A stretch of 20,000 nucleotides of DNA from an uncultured virus (IMG/VR IMGVR_UViG_3300035698_013592) (IMGVR_UViG_3300035698_013592), one strand, 5' to 3'. Numbered from the stretch's first letter, positions 1 to 8,049 are shown. The notes: generated by a model not told the origin, from the letters alone. A program made the numbers and translations.

Positions 1-38
1 TCAGCACCCGCCGCCCTGCGGAGCTTCCCTCTACCATA

Positions 39-341
39 ATGGATATCCACAGAGATATCTTGTCCGATCACATCGCGGACAGGGTCGAAAAGGCTGATCG
101 TATCTTGGACTTCAGACAAAAAGACTACGACAAAGCGTGTTCTACTCTGAAGGACGGCGCACGTATGTTCGATGAGTGGGTTCAATGGGTAGAGGAGAAC
201 GTATTGCCCGGCCCGCCCCCTCCTGCTGATCTCGGATCGGATCCTTCGGCGTACCTTGAGCTCATGGACACTATCGACACCGTACTCGAGAAGCCCATCT
301 ACATCAAACCCGTCTTGGTTGAGGGGGTATGCATTGACTGA
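39..341 (+). CDS. Hypothetical protein (100 aa; start uncertain)
   Basis: Open frame on the same strand as its neighbours; the stop overlaps the likely start of the next gene; no recognisable motif. Confidence 0.55.
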   Translation: MDIHRDILSDHIADRVEKADRILDFRQKDYDKACSTLKDGARMFDEWVQWVEENVLPGPPPPADLGSDPSAYLELMDTIDTVLEKPIYIKPVLVEGVCID

Positions 342-1098
342 GTACAACCTCAATCTCCACAAGTCTGGGCACATCCTCAGTCTCCCGGCGCTTGAGCAGT
401 TACCTCAAGTAGCTCAGGCAGATGTAGACGGTAACCTGATCATCCACCTAGGGTTCCATGCTTTCGGCCGTACGTATTACTGTGCGTCCTACCGCGACAA
501 CGCCTTCTGGTGTTGGGTTGAGGAAAATAACAGGGGCTACGAGAAGCATGTGACTGAGAGGTACCTCATGAGTGACCCTGACCACTACATGATTCACATC
601 CATCGGCCAACACCCATCAACCTCTTGGCGCCGCATGCTGTGCGTGAGGGTGAATTACTCCGTGAAGTAGCTGTTTGTCACGACTGTGGAGCCTTGGAGG
701 GTGCGCTACACCACTCAGGCTGTGACATGGAGCGTTGTCCCTTCTGCGGTGGTCAGTTGATCAGTTGTGACTGTGTCTACAAGCTGTGGGGTCTTTATGA
801 CACAGAGAAGTACACAGAGGCCACGTCCTTTCTACCCCGACACATCTACGAGAAAGGCCTCAACGAGTTACAGTCAGAGACGTGGGATGGGATGCTGCGA
901 GCTAAGGGTCTGATCCCCTACATCCGGTATCCCAACCTCTGTTACTACTGTGGAATGAAGTGGCCGCCCATGTTCCAAGTCTCTGATGAGGAGTGGAACC
1001 GCTACATCGAGCCATGCGCACGCAGTAAGATGATCTGCCAGGTATGCTACACGCGTATCAAGCAACTCATCGATGCTGCTAAAGAACCCGAAGAGTAA
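334..1098 (+). CDS. Cys-rich putative zinc-binding phage protein
   Basis: ORF 256..1098; likely start is TTG at 334 after GAGGGGG (321-327). Contains CHDCG...HHSGCDMERCPFCGGQLISCDC plus CYYCG and CQVC motifs. Confidence 0.8.
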   Translation: MTEYNLNLHKSGHILSLPALEQLPQVAQADVDGNLIIHLGFHAFGRTYYCASYRDNAFWCWVEENNRGYEKHVTERYLMSDPDHYMIHIHRPTPINLLAPHAVREGELLREVAVCHDCGALEGALHHSGCDMERCPFCGGQLISCDCVYKLWGLYDTEKYTEATSFLPRHIYEKGLNELQSETWDGMLRAKGLIPYIRYPNLCYYCGMKWPPMFQVSDEEWNRYIEPCARSKMICQVCYTRIKQLIDAAKEPEE

Positions 1099-1116
1099 AC
1101 GTTACTATTACTTGAA
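1095..1116 (+). promoter_or_regulatory. Recurring promoter/operator motif, copy 1 (GTAAACGTTACTATTACTTGAA)
   Basis: Matches the copies at 3672, 10903 and 15669; contains a TAnnnT -10-like hexamer (TACTAT); sits at a gene end/intergenic boundary. Confidence 0.55.
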
Positions 1117-1576
1117 TATGGGTGACCGGTGAAACTCGGGATAACAACCCCAGAGGTGATCTCATGTCACTTGCAACTTAGGCCCATCTGCCACGGTAGA
1201 CTGGACCGCGAAGGCCACTCCCCCCACACCCAAGGAGGAGCAGCCTGACTTTCGTTATGCTCTGCAAGTATGGAGGCCCAAGAGAGGGCAGCCCAGCCCT
1301 GCAAAGGAAATGACGTAAATGGCTTGTAGGAAAGAGCTTAGAGACACAGTGGCATATTTCCACGGATAAACCACCGTACTCATTCTTTCTTTGGCCATGT
1401 CATGGATTGTCCTCTCAGGCCTCTCTTGCGTGTGTCGTAGCGGGTACCAGAGCATGTTTACATCGCGGTACGTTGCGGTAGATATGCGGTACATCTGGTG
1501 TTGTTAGGTAGTAACGCGTTGGTATCTTTACATGTTTCTGTGTAGACACGGCGCAGGTTGTCGTGTATCATACGGT

Positions 1577-1614
1577 TGAGGTCGCTAAGGATGTAGGAGA
1601 CTCAAGCGACCTCA
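1577..1614. other. 10-bp inverted repeat (TGAGGTCGCT-N18-AGCGACCTCA) upstream of the 1637 gene
   Basis: Arms 1577-1586 and 1605-1614 are exact reverse complements. Confidence 0.6.
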
Positions 1615-1636
1615 CAGCTAAAGAAAGGAGGATGGT

Positions 1637-2002
1637 GTGAGTGATTCACCCATCAACCCGTTTGATGACAAAGTACCAGACAACTTGATCTCTGCGGACA
1701 TCGGTGACTTTACCATCCTGATAGACGGGGATCACCTGGAACAGCGGATCGCTACGCTCAGGGCGTGGTTCGAAGAGGGTCCGCCGGAAGAGTGGACGTT
1801 TACGCAAATGCTCTCCGTTGCGGTGACTGCCACATCTGTCGGCCTGATCAGTCAAGGAGTTCCCCCTCACGTTGCCCGAAGAACCGTGATGCACCCGCTC
1901 TCGATGTATCGTATTGCCTGTAGCATGATCCGTGATAAAGAAAGGATCGTAAGACAGGCACATTCGTTGCGTGAGCCACTGGAGGACGATGACAATGGGT
2001 GA
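1637..2002 (+). CDS. Hypothetical protein (121 aa)
   Basis: GTG start with a strong RBS (AAGGAGG); overlaps the next gene. Confidence 0.8.
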   Translation: MSDSPINPFDDKVPDNLISADIGDFTILIDGDHLEQRIATLRAWFEEGPPEEWTFTQMLSVAVTATSVGLISQGVPPHVARRTVMHPLSMYRIACSMIRDKERIVRQAHSLREPLEDDDNG

Positions 2003-2672
2003 GTATACTCCCGAAGCAGCCAAAGGGATGGAAAAGATAGCGGGCATCTTGAAGTTTAACGCTGAGCGCCCGTTTGCTGACGTACAGCCTGAGGATATCC
2101 CGCTTCTGAGCGAGTTGGGTGTCAACTCCGACGAGATGTTGATTAGTATGCTCTCAGATATCTCTGACGACCCGGTGCTGCCTCAGTTACTCCGAGAAGC
2201 GGTAGCAAAATCCAAAGGGACAGCGCCGAGCGTAGGAGGCTGTTACTCTAGCGCACCGCTCTGCCCAAACTGTGGCTCGCCTAAGACATCCGGCGATCAG
2301 GAAGTGCCGGATGGGTACGGGGATGAGGACGAGATGGATGGCCCCGCAGACGACGACGTAGAAGGTAGGCGACTGTTGGGTGAGGCCCTCAAGGTTGCAC
2401 ATAGTTACCACGAGGGAGGCCTGAAGCATCTGACAGAGAAAGACAAGGAAGATGTGATGGCCCACATACTGATCGCCGTGGTCTGTGAAGCGGGGATGAA
2501 CTCGCAAACGACCGTATCGTTGGCCACGCTGGGTGCTTTTCGTGATCGGGCGCGGTTCTTGCTCGACACGGAGACGAAAGATGCACACCGTGCTATTGAC
2601 GCCTGGCTTATCGCGCTGTGGAAACAACACGGTCACCGCTACGAAGATCTTTGTGGAGACAAACAAGGATGA
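1995..2672 (+). CDS. Hypothetical protein with a CPNC motif and an acidic linker
   Basis: ORF 1971..2672; likely ATG at 1995 after GGAGG; ATGA overlap with the next gene. Confidence 0.8.
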   Translation: MGEYTPEAAKGMEKIAGILKFNAERPFADVQPEDIPLLSELGVNSDEMLISMLSDISDDPVLPQLLREAVAKSKGTAPSVGGCYSSAPLCPNCGSPKTSGDQEVPDGYGDEDEMDGPADDDVEGRRLLGEALKVAHSYHEGGLKHLTEKDKEDVMAHILIAVVCEAGMNSQTTVSLATLGAFRDRARFLLDTETKDAHRAIDAWLIALWKQHGHRYEDLCGDKQG

Positions 2673-3271
2673 CAGCTAACATCATTAGCTTTACCGCCAT
2701 CGTGACCATAGCGTTCTCTGTCTGGCGCTGCTGTCGGTCGATGAGGGTCATGCGCAATTCGATTGACATGTGGCGTGAGACAACGGAGGCCAACGGTTGT
2801 GAGTTCAGTGCGTGGGTTAGGAACTCCATCGTTACGGATAGGCAAGTGGCGCTGGACATCAACGAATTGCGAGGCATCATTGCTAGTATGGCGGAGCAGG
2901 CCAGGAATAGCTTTGGCGCGGCTGAAGCTCTCAGCATACTCGCTGTAAACAGGTTCGTTGAGCAGACGGACTGGATACAGCTGAAGGCGCAGAAGCTGTT
3001 CCTCATCAACTATGTTGACGACAACATACACGCACGAGGCATACTTCATTTCCTCGATGCGTTGCAGGACATGTTGGTTGATGGCGTCGGCATACCCCAA
3101 GAGACGATCTTTGGGCCGTTGGACGATGATGAAAACGCGAATCTCTCAGAGGAGATGACCGACGAAGCAATCGACAAACAGTCGATGGACAAGGGCCGAA
3201 CTCACACCATAGCAGAGCGTTTCGGCAGGGCCAAAGTTGAAGAAGACCAAACCGAAGCCGGGCCGGTTTAG
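2669..3271 (+). CDS. Hypothetical protein with an N-terminal membrane anchor
   Basis: ATG at 2669 overlaps the upstream TGA (ATGA); hydrophobic IISFTAIVTIAFSVW; acidic C-terminus. Confidence 0.75.
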   Translation: MTANIISFTAIVTIAFSVWRCCRSMRVMRNSIDMWRETTEANGCEFSAWVRNSIVTDRQVALDINELRGIIASMAEQARNSFGAAEALSILAVNRFVEQTDWIQLKAQKLFLINYVDDNIHARGILHFLDALQDMLVDGVGIPQETIFGPLDDDENANLSEEMTDEAIDKQSMDKGRTHTIAERFGRAKVEEDQTEAGPV

Positions 3272-3315
3272 GACTCGGCATGTACCACGTGTGACGAAGG
3301 TTGAAGGTAGAGGCT

Positions 3316-3567
3316 ATGTATAACTTGCAGTCGAGAGCTCAATCGCCTGGCCCTCCCCTGTTGGACGAGAGCCACAGCGAGCTGAGTGCGTTGGTATCAC
3401 TTCTCAGTGAGGATCTGTGTCGTAGTATGTCCCAGTACTTCTCTAAGGAGGAGTTCGACTGGAAGACATTTGCACAGGAACCACAAGTGAGACGGTATAT
3501 CGGCATGTGGCTAGCCAAGCACCCGGATAGGGCGTTGGCACGAGCTGTCATTCTGTCTGCGGCATAG
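3316..3567 (+). CDS. Hypothetical protein
   Basis: ORF 3301..3567; likely ATG at 3316 after GAGG; followed by terminator-like hairpins. Confidence 0.6.
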   Translation: MYNLQSRAQSPGPPLLDESHSELSALVSLLSEDLCRSMSQYFSKEEFDWKTFAQEPQVRRYIGMWLAKHPDRALARAVILSAA

Positions 3568-3595
3568 TTCTACGTACAGCAAGCGAACCGTATAG

Positions 3596-3660
3596 GAGCC
3601 GTCCCTCTTCGGAGGGGCGGCTCATCTTGTTACGAGGCCTTCGGGGTCAGGCTTTTCTTT
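3596..3660 (+). terminator. Tandem hairpins / intrinsic terminator
   Basis: GAGCCGTCCCTC-TTCG-GAGGGGCGGCTC (3596-3623; 12-bp stem with one G-U pair and a cUUCGg loop), then a short GCCT...AGGC stem followed by TTTTCTTT (to 3660). Confidence 0.75.
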
Positions 3661-3671
3661 AGCACTCGCCT

Positions 3672-3697
3672 GTGACGCGTTACTATACCTTGAACCC
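3672..3697 (+). promoter_or_regulatory. Recurring promoter/operator motif, copy 2, upstream of the RAMP gene (GTGACGCGTTACTATACCTTGAACCC)
   Basis: Near-identical to the 10903-10929 copy; lies between a terminator and the gene's RBS. Confidence 0.7.
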
Positions 3698-3769
3698 TGC
3701 GGCTACCCTGTTGAGTGGCCGCGACCTCCACCCGTTGGTAGCGGGTATCTTTACGAAGGGAGTACGAGC

Positions 3770-4552
3770 ATGGAGTACACGCAAGCAGAACTGGACACGC
3801 TGTTGGAGGCCGAACGCTGCAAGGCCACGATCCGCTGCAGGATGCTCCGGCCTTTGGCTGGTGGGCAGCCTGCGGGCAGGGAGGGCGTCGAAGCGTTCGT
3901 GCATTATCAGTGCAAGATCGACCCAGAGTCCGAAGAAGGTCAGGCTGCCGTCAACCGTATCCTCAAGGATGAGATCGGCGAGCGGGAGACAACCCCGGAC
4001 GGTGGCGAAGTGAACGAAGCCGAGAGCTACGGCATCAACGTGATCCGTCGCACCGAACTCGGCCCGTACATTGGCCACCACCAGCTGAAGGCTATGCTCA
4101 AGCAGGCGGCGTCTCGCCTTGGCCTATTCAAAAAGAAGATAGGCAGCAAAGGCGATCTCGTCGAGCTCGGTACCGTCAGTGCCGTCGGGCGTTCCCTGGC
4201 TGACCCCGCGCGTCCGTGGGAGGTGTACCTGTACAAGGTCGACTCCGGCGGCCCGGACGACAACGAGGAGTGCTTCGCTCCGGCGGACACTCACTTCGAC
4301 AGGCTTCAGGGCAAGGTCAGCACTCCTGCTGGGATGAAGAGTATCCAGCATGACACAGAAGTGGCTGAGGAAAGCACGCAGTTCCACTTCGAGCTTCGCT
4401 GGCCCACCAAGAAGTTGAAGGAGGAGGACATGGCGTTGGTCATCGCGGCCGCAACGCAGATCGGCATCGGGTCTTGCCTGTCGCTCGGGTACGGCCGGTT
4501 TGAGGTGATGCTGATGACGGTCGGCGAGCCCCCTGTAGTGGTGGTCGGATAG
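3770..4552 (+). CDS. Stand-alone RAMP superfamily (Cas7-like) protein; candidate Vipr-like effector
   Basis: RAMP motifs in canonical order: N-terminal strand ATIRCRMLRPLAGGQP; PYIGHHQLKAMLKQAA (cf. P-x-IPGSSLKG-x-LR); EVAEESTQFHFELRW; C-terminal Gly-rich loop GIGSCLSLGYGRFEV. RBS AAGGGAG. 260 aa. Confidence 0.88.
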   Translation: MEYTQAELDTLLEAERCKATIRCRMLRPLAGGQPAGREGVEAFVHYQCKIDPESEEGQAAVNRILKDEIGERETTPDGGEVNEAESYGINVIRRTELGPYIGHHQLKAMLKQAASRLGLFKKKIGSKGDLVELGTVSAVGRSLADPARPWEVYLYKVDSGGPDDNEECFAPADTHFDRLQGKVSTPAGMKSIQHDTEVAEESTQFHFELRWPTKKLKEEDMALVIAAATQIGIGSCLSLGYGRFEVMLMTVGEPPVVVVG

Positions 4553-4560
4553 TCTAAGCG

Positions 4561-4593
4561 TACACCCCGCAGATTAACACTCTGCGGGGTGTA
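4561..4593. other. Perfect 13-bp hairpin between the RAMP gene and the array
   Basis: TACACCCCGCAGA-TTAACAC-TCTGCGGGGTGTA; no U-tract on either strand. Confidence 0.9.
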
Positions 4594-4594
4594 T

Positions 4595-6274
4595 GTGTCG
4601 TAACCTAGCGGCAAAGCAGGGCGGAGCGTGACAAAGACGTAGCGGCAAAGCACGACAAGGCATGACCGCGCCGGACTTAGCGGCAAGTCATGGCGCCACG
4701 GTACGCTACCTAGAGGCAAAGCTGCACATTACGGCACAACGCTGTACCTAGCGGCGTGGCCCTACGACACGACACACTACGAAGCGGCATTACGGGACAG
4801 CACCAGACCTCACGGAGCGGCGCAACAAGACATGGCTGTACCACACAAAGCGGTGCAACCAGACATGACCTTACGGTATGGAGCGGCAGGACGGTACGAG
4901 ACGCAACAGCATGGAGCGGCGAAACGGAACCAAGCCATACGCTACAGCGCGGCCTCGCCTGTCCCCACCCGACGCAGCGGCAACATAACACAAAACAACA
5001 CGGAGAGGCACAACAAAACTCAACACAGCGGCGGAACCCGACGTTACTGAGCTTAACCCGACGCAGCGGCAGAACAAGGCGGGACGGAACAAGACGGAGC
5101 GGTATGACATCACGCCCCTCGACTCAGCGGCGGAGCTGAACTGAACGTCAACGGAGCGGCAATACGAGGCAGATCGAGACTGAGCAGAACGCAGCGGCAA
5201 AGCTGAACTGACCGTTACGGGACAAAGCGGCAACACAAAACAAAACGACACGGAGCGGCGAAACCAGGCATGCCTCGACTCAGCGGCGATACGAGACGAA
5301 ACGGAGCTAAACGTAACGTAGCGGCTACACAGGACAAGACTATACACATCTCAGCCTCACGAGGCGGCATGACGAAATAGAGCTGTACAGCACGGAGCGG
5401 CGAGACATCATAGTACTTCACCGTAGCGGCGTGGCAGGGCGAAACTAGACAAAGCGGCAAGGCTCGACGGTCCCGGACAAAACGCAGCGGCAAGTCAGAA
5501 CAACACAGCACGCCACAAAGCGGCAGGACAACGCGGAACTCCACGCAGCGGCACTACGGAACCGGACGCAACGGCAATATAGGACAACCCCAAACTGAGC
5601 GGCAGAACATGGCTCCACTCGACCGGGCGGCATGACATGACTTCACAGTACGAAGCGGCATAGCTGAACAGAACATCGCGGCATAACAACACAAAACTGG
5701 ACTAAGCGGTAGTACACCACTAGACGGCACAGGACCTAGCGGCAAAACAGGACAAGTCAGGACATGACCGGACTTAGCGGCAAGGCCCGACGCCACAAAA
5801 CTGAACACGGCGGCTATACATAGCACAACTCAGCGGCAGGACAGCACACCACTCAGCCTAGCGGTGAGGCCCGACGCTACGAGACGCAGCGGCACAACAA
5901 AACTTGACGGAGCATAGCGGCCTGACGGGGCCGGACCAAACGCTACAAAGCGGCTGAACAGCACCAAACTTGACCCAGCGGCTAGGCAAGACTCAACAAT
6001 ACGGAACATTACAAAGCGGCAGGGCAGGACTGGACCCAACAACACCTGGCGGCTATACACCGCCTGACGTAACGGGACTAAGCGGCAAAACAGGACCTGA
6101 CGATACGCAGCGGCAAAACCCAACTTGACATTACTCAGCGGCAGGACAAGGCTGGACGGGACACGCCCGAACCCTACTAAGCGGCGAAACCAGACGCAAC
6201 ACTGCGGCAGTACAGCACCCAACGCTACGCCACAGTACGGTGACACACGACCCGACAGAACACTACTCAACAAG
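4595..6274. repeat. Non-coding hierarchical repeat array, [GCGGC (NNNRC)3-7 NNA] x53; putative guide-RNA array
   Basis: Parsed by hand: 53 anchors from 4608 to 6237 (45 GCGGC, 4 GCGGT, 2 GAGGC, 1 ACGGC, 1 ACGGT). Anchor spacings are 23 (x5), 28 (x17), 33 (x18), 38 (x7) and 43 (x2), with three +1 exceptions (34, 29, 29). Example: GCGGC ATTAC GGGAC AGCAC CAGAC CTCAC GGA (4784-4816). Confidence 0.95.
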
Positions 6275-6283
6275 GAGAAACGC

Positions 6284-6523
6284 GTGAGGAAAACTGACGC
6301 CAAGGCGTTCGCGGCTATAGAGGCCTGGATTAGCGAGAAGAATGAGTACAGGCATGCCACTCTGGAGATCGGAGGTAAGAACTTCGAGTGTACCCTACAC
6401 GACGAGTTCCATGGGCTGCACGTACACGAGAGTGGTGCGACACCGTTCTGGGCCGCTAAGGCTGCGATAAAGAAGCACAAGACCATGGCTGCTGAGCAGT
6501 GGGGGTTGAAGTGGAGACCTTAA
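6284..6523 (+). CDS. Hypothetical protein (79 aa)
   Basis: GTG at 6284 with AAGGAG at 6272-6277; the upstream part of ORF 6125 is array sequence. Confidence 0.75.
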   Translation: MRKTDAKAFAAIEAWISEKNEYRHATLEIGGKNFECTLHDEFHGLHVHESGATPFWAAKAAIKKHKTMAAEQWGLKWRP

Positions 6524-6538
6524 CGAGAGGAGGTACCT

Positions 6539-7579
6539 ATGATCTTTGACATGCTGTGCAGGCTGCCAAAGCTGATCGAGCGCTCAAATGAACCACTGGC
6601 TCAGAGCGTGGACGTGCGTACGCTCCGGGGAGCGCTAAAGCGTTCGAAGTTGTTGCTTGTCCCTCCCCTCTTTATTGGGAAGGAGGATAAGGATTGGAAC
6701 TCACTCCCTGCCAACACAGTAGCAGAGTTCTTGCCTCCGTTCCCGGTTTCAGCGGTTGAGACTCCTTTTAATCTCACGATCTTCGATGCTTCGGGACGAA
6801 TCCCCTTCGATTTTCAAGGAGATAAGCAGCCAGAGTACGTGGCGCCGGGCACACCAGGTCTTCTTCATCGCTGGGGGTATGTTTCCTGCGCTCGTATGGC
6901 TCAGTGGATGGTGGACGAGCAGGAGGCTGATGGGGTTCTACCTGGCTTCAATGACCTGGATGTCGAGGCAGACTTACGGGCTGGGGTAGAAATTCACTTT
7001 GCCAACTTTGGGTTTATGCAGGTCTTAGGGTCTGAACCGACAGAGACTGGACGAGTGATGTTGGACGTTACGGGTATCTCGTCTCTCTCCATTCCGTTCT
7101 CTAAAGACCGAGTGTACTACTTTAACCTTGACCCTGAACAGCAGGATTTCAAAGAGGGGTCTGTTGACTCCGCTAAAGATCGTGTGCAGCGTTCCCTAGA
7201 CGGTATGTGTCTAAAGCTACGGGACTTGACAGAGCTCAACGCTCCCGACAAGTTTATCCTTGAGACCACGCCGATACTGAGCCCTAAGGCGGAGACGCGC
7301 TTGTGTCGTAGTGAGCAGAAGGTTGGTCACATCAGGCGATCGACCGAGCGCCCTGTCTACACGATACTGAAGCCGCACGACATTCGTAAGAAGATGGGTG
7401 TCTCAACCCCCACAGGGAGGAAGATAGGCTCGCACGAGCGACGAGGGCACCCTCGTACGTATCGCAGTGCCGTATTCAAGAACATGAAGGGCAAGACCGT
7501 GTGGATTGAGTCGACGTGGGTCGGCTGCTCCGAGAAGATCGAAGGCAACAAGCGGTACAAGGTACTGCTGGACAAATGA
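6539..7579 (+). CDS. Phage hypothetical protein with a C-terminal HxRRGHxR motif
   Basis: RBS GAGGAGG; the C-terminus SHERRGHPRTY...KTVWIESTWVG matches a basic motif I recall from many phage/mobile-element proteins. Confidence 0.85.
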   Translation: MIFDMLCRLPKLIERSNEPLAQSVDVRTLRGALKRSKLLLVPPLFIGKEDKDWNSLPANTVAEFLPPFPVSAVETPFNLTIFDASGRIPFDFQGDKQPEYVAPGTPGLLHRWGYVSCARMAQWMVDEQEADGVLPGFNDLDVEADLRAGVEIHFANFGFMQVLGSEPTETGRVMLDVTGISSLSIPFSKDRVYYFNLDPEQQDFKEGSVDSAKDRVQRSLDGMCLKLRDLTELNAPDKFILETTPILSPKAETRLCRSEQKVGHIRRSTERPVYTILKPHDIRKKMGVSTPTGRKIGSHERRGHPRTYRSAVFKNMKGKTVWIESTWVGCSEKIEGNKRYKVLLDK

Positions 7580-7590
7580 GGAGGACGCCG

Positions 7591-8049
7591 ATGCTGAACT
7601 GGAGTATTAAGCCTCACCCGTGGTTCCAGGATGTTGTGCGGTGGTCGCTTCAGAGAGTGTGTGTGGAGTTGCAGATACCAAAATGTATCAACTCGACGCC
7701 GTTCTCCGACACTTTGGGGCTCGACCCAGTAAGTGACTCTGCGCTTAACTGCATTTGTGCTGAGCTTCTGCGCGGATCGGAGCACGCACTGATGCATAAG
7801 CCTACTGGATACCAGTTTCTCGTTCTTGACCGCGTGTTGCGGTGGTCGCTCAGTGAGTGCGAGCAGGTCGCGGATGGTGCGATAGCTCGTATTCGTGATC
7901 GCTACTTCTGGGACAGAGACTACGAACAGTACTGTGGCGAGTACCCGCTTTATAACGACCTTACGGTGGGGATAAGTGGCGAGGGGCCGAACAAAAACCA
8001 CAACGACCCTGCCGAAGAGTTGAGCAAGCTGCTCTACTCTGACGTATGA
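7591..8049 (+). CDS. Hypothetical protein
   Basis: ORF 7516..8049; ATG at 7591 follows GAGGAGG (alternative start 7576 by ATGA overlap). Confidence 0.7.
   Translation: MLNWSIKPHPWFQDVVRWSLQRVCVELQIPKCINSTPFSDTLGLDPVSDSALNCICAELLRGSEHALMHKPTGYQFLVLDRVLRWSLSECEQVADGAIARIRDRYFWDRDYEQYCGEYPLYNDLTVGISGEGPNKNHNDPAEELSKLLYSDV

Noticed and set aside
1178..1494. Minus-strand ORFs 1178..1363 and 1255..1494
   Set aside because: Short, with no motifs and no well-spaced RBS; not supportable as genes, though not excluded.
3770..4552. Naming the gene cas7/csm3/csf2 of a complete type I/III/IV system
   Set aside because: No other cas genes or true CRISPR repeats are visible in the window, and the subfamily cannot be assigned by eye.
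4595..6274. Canonical CRISPR array
   Set aside because: The constant part is only 5-6 nt, there is no 23-50 nt direct repeat, and the 'spacers' have internal 5-nt periodicity and quantised lengths, so they are not captured foreign DNA.
4595..6274. Simple microsatellite or assembly artefact
   Set aside because: I found no two identical units, and the variation is confined to specific pentamer positions.
4710..6486. ORFs overlapping the array on both strands (e.g. 4756..5139 +, 4871..5347 -, 5830..6486 -, and the N-terminal part of 6125..6523)
   Set aside because: Low-complexity R/T/Q/S or C/V/L/R translations produced by the pentamer lattice. The 5-nt period and unit lengths such as 23/28/38 are not codon-compatible, and there are no RBSs.
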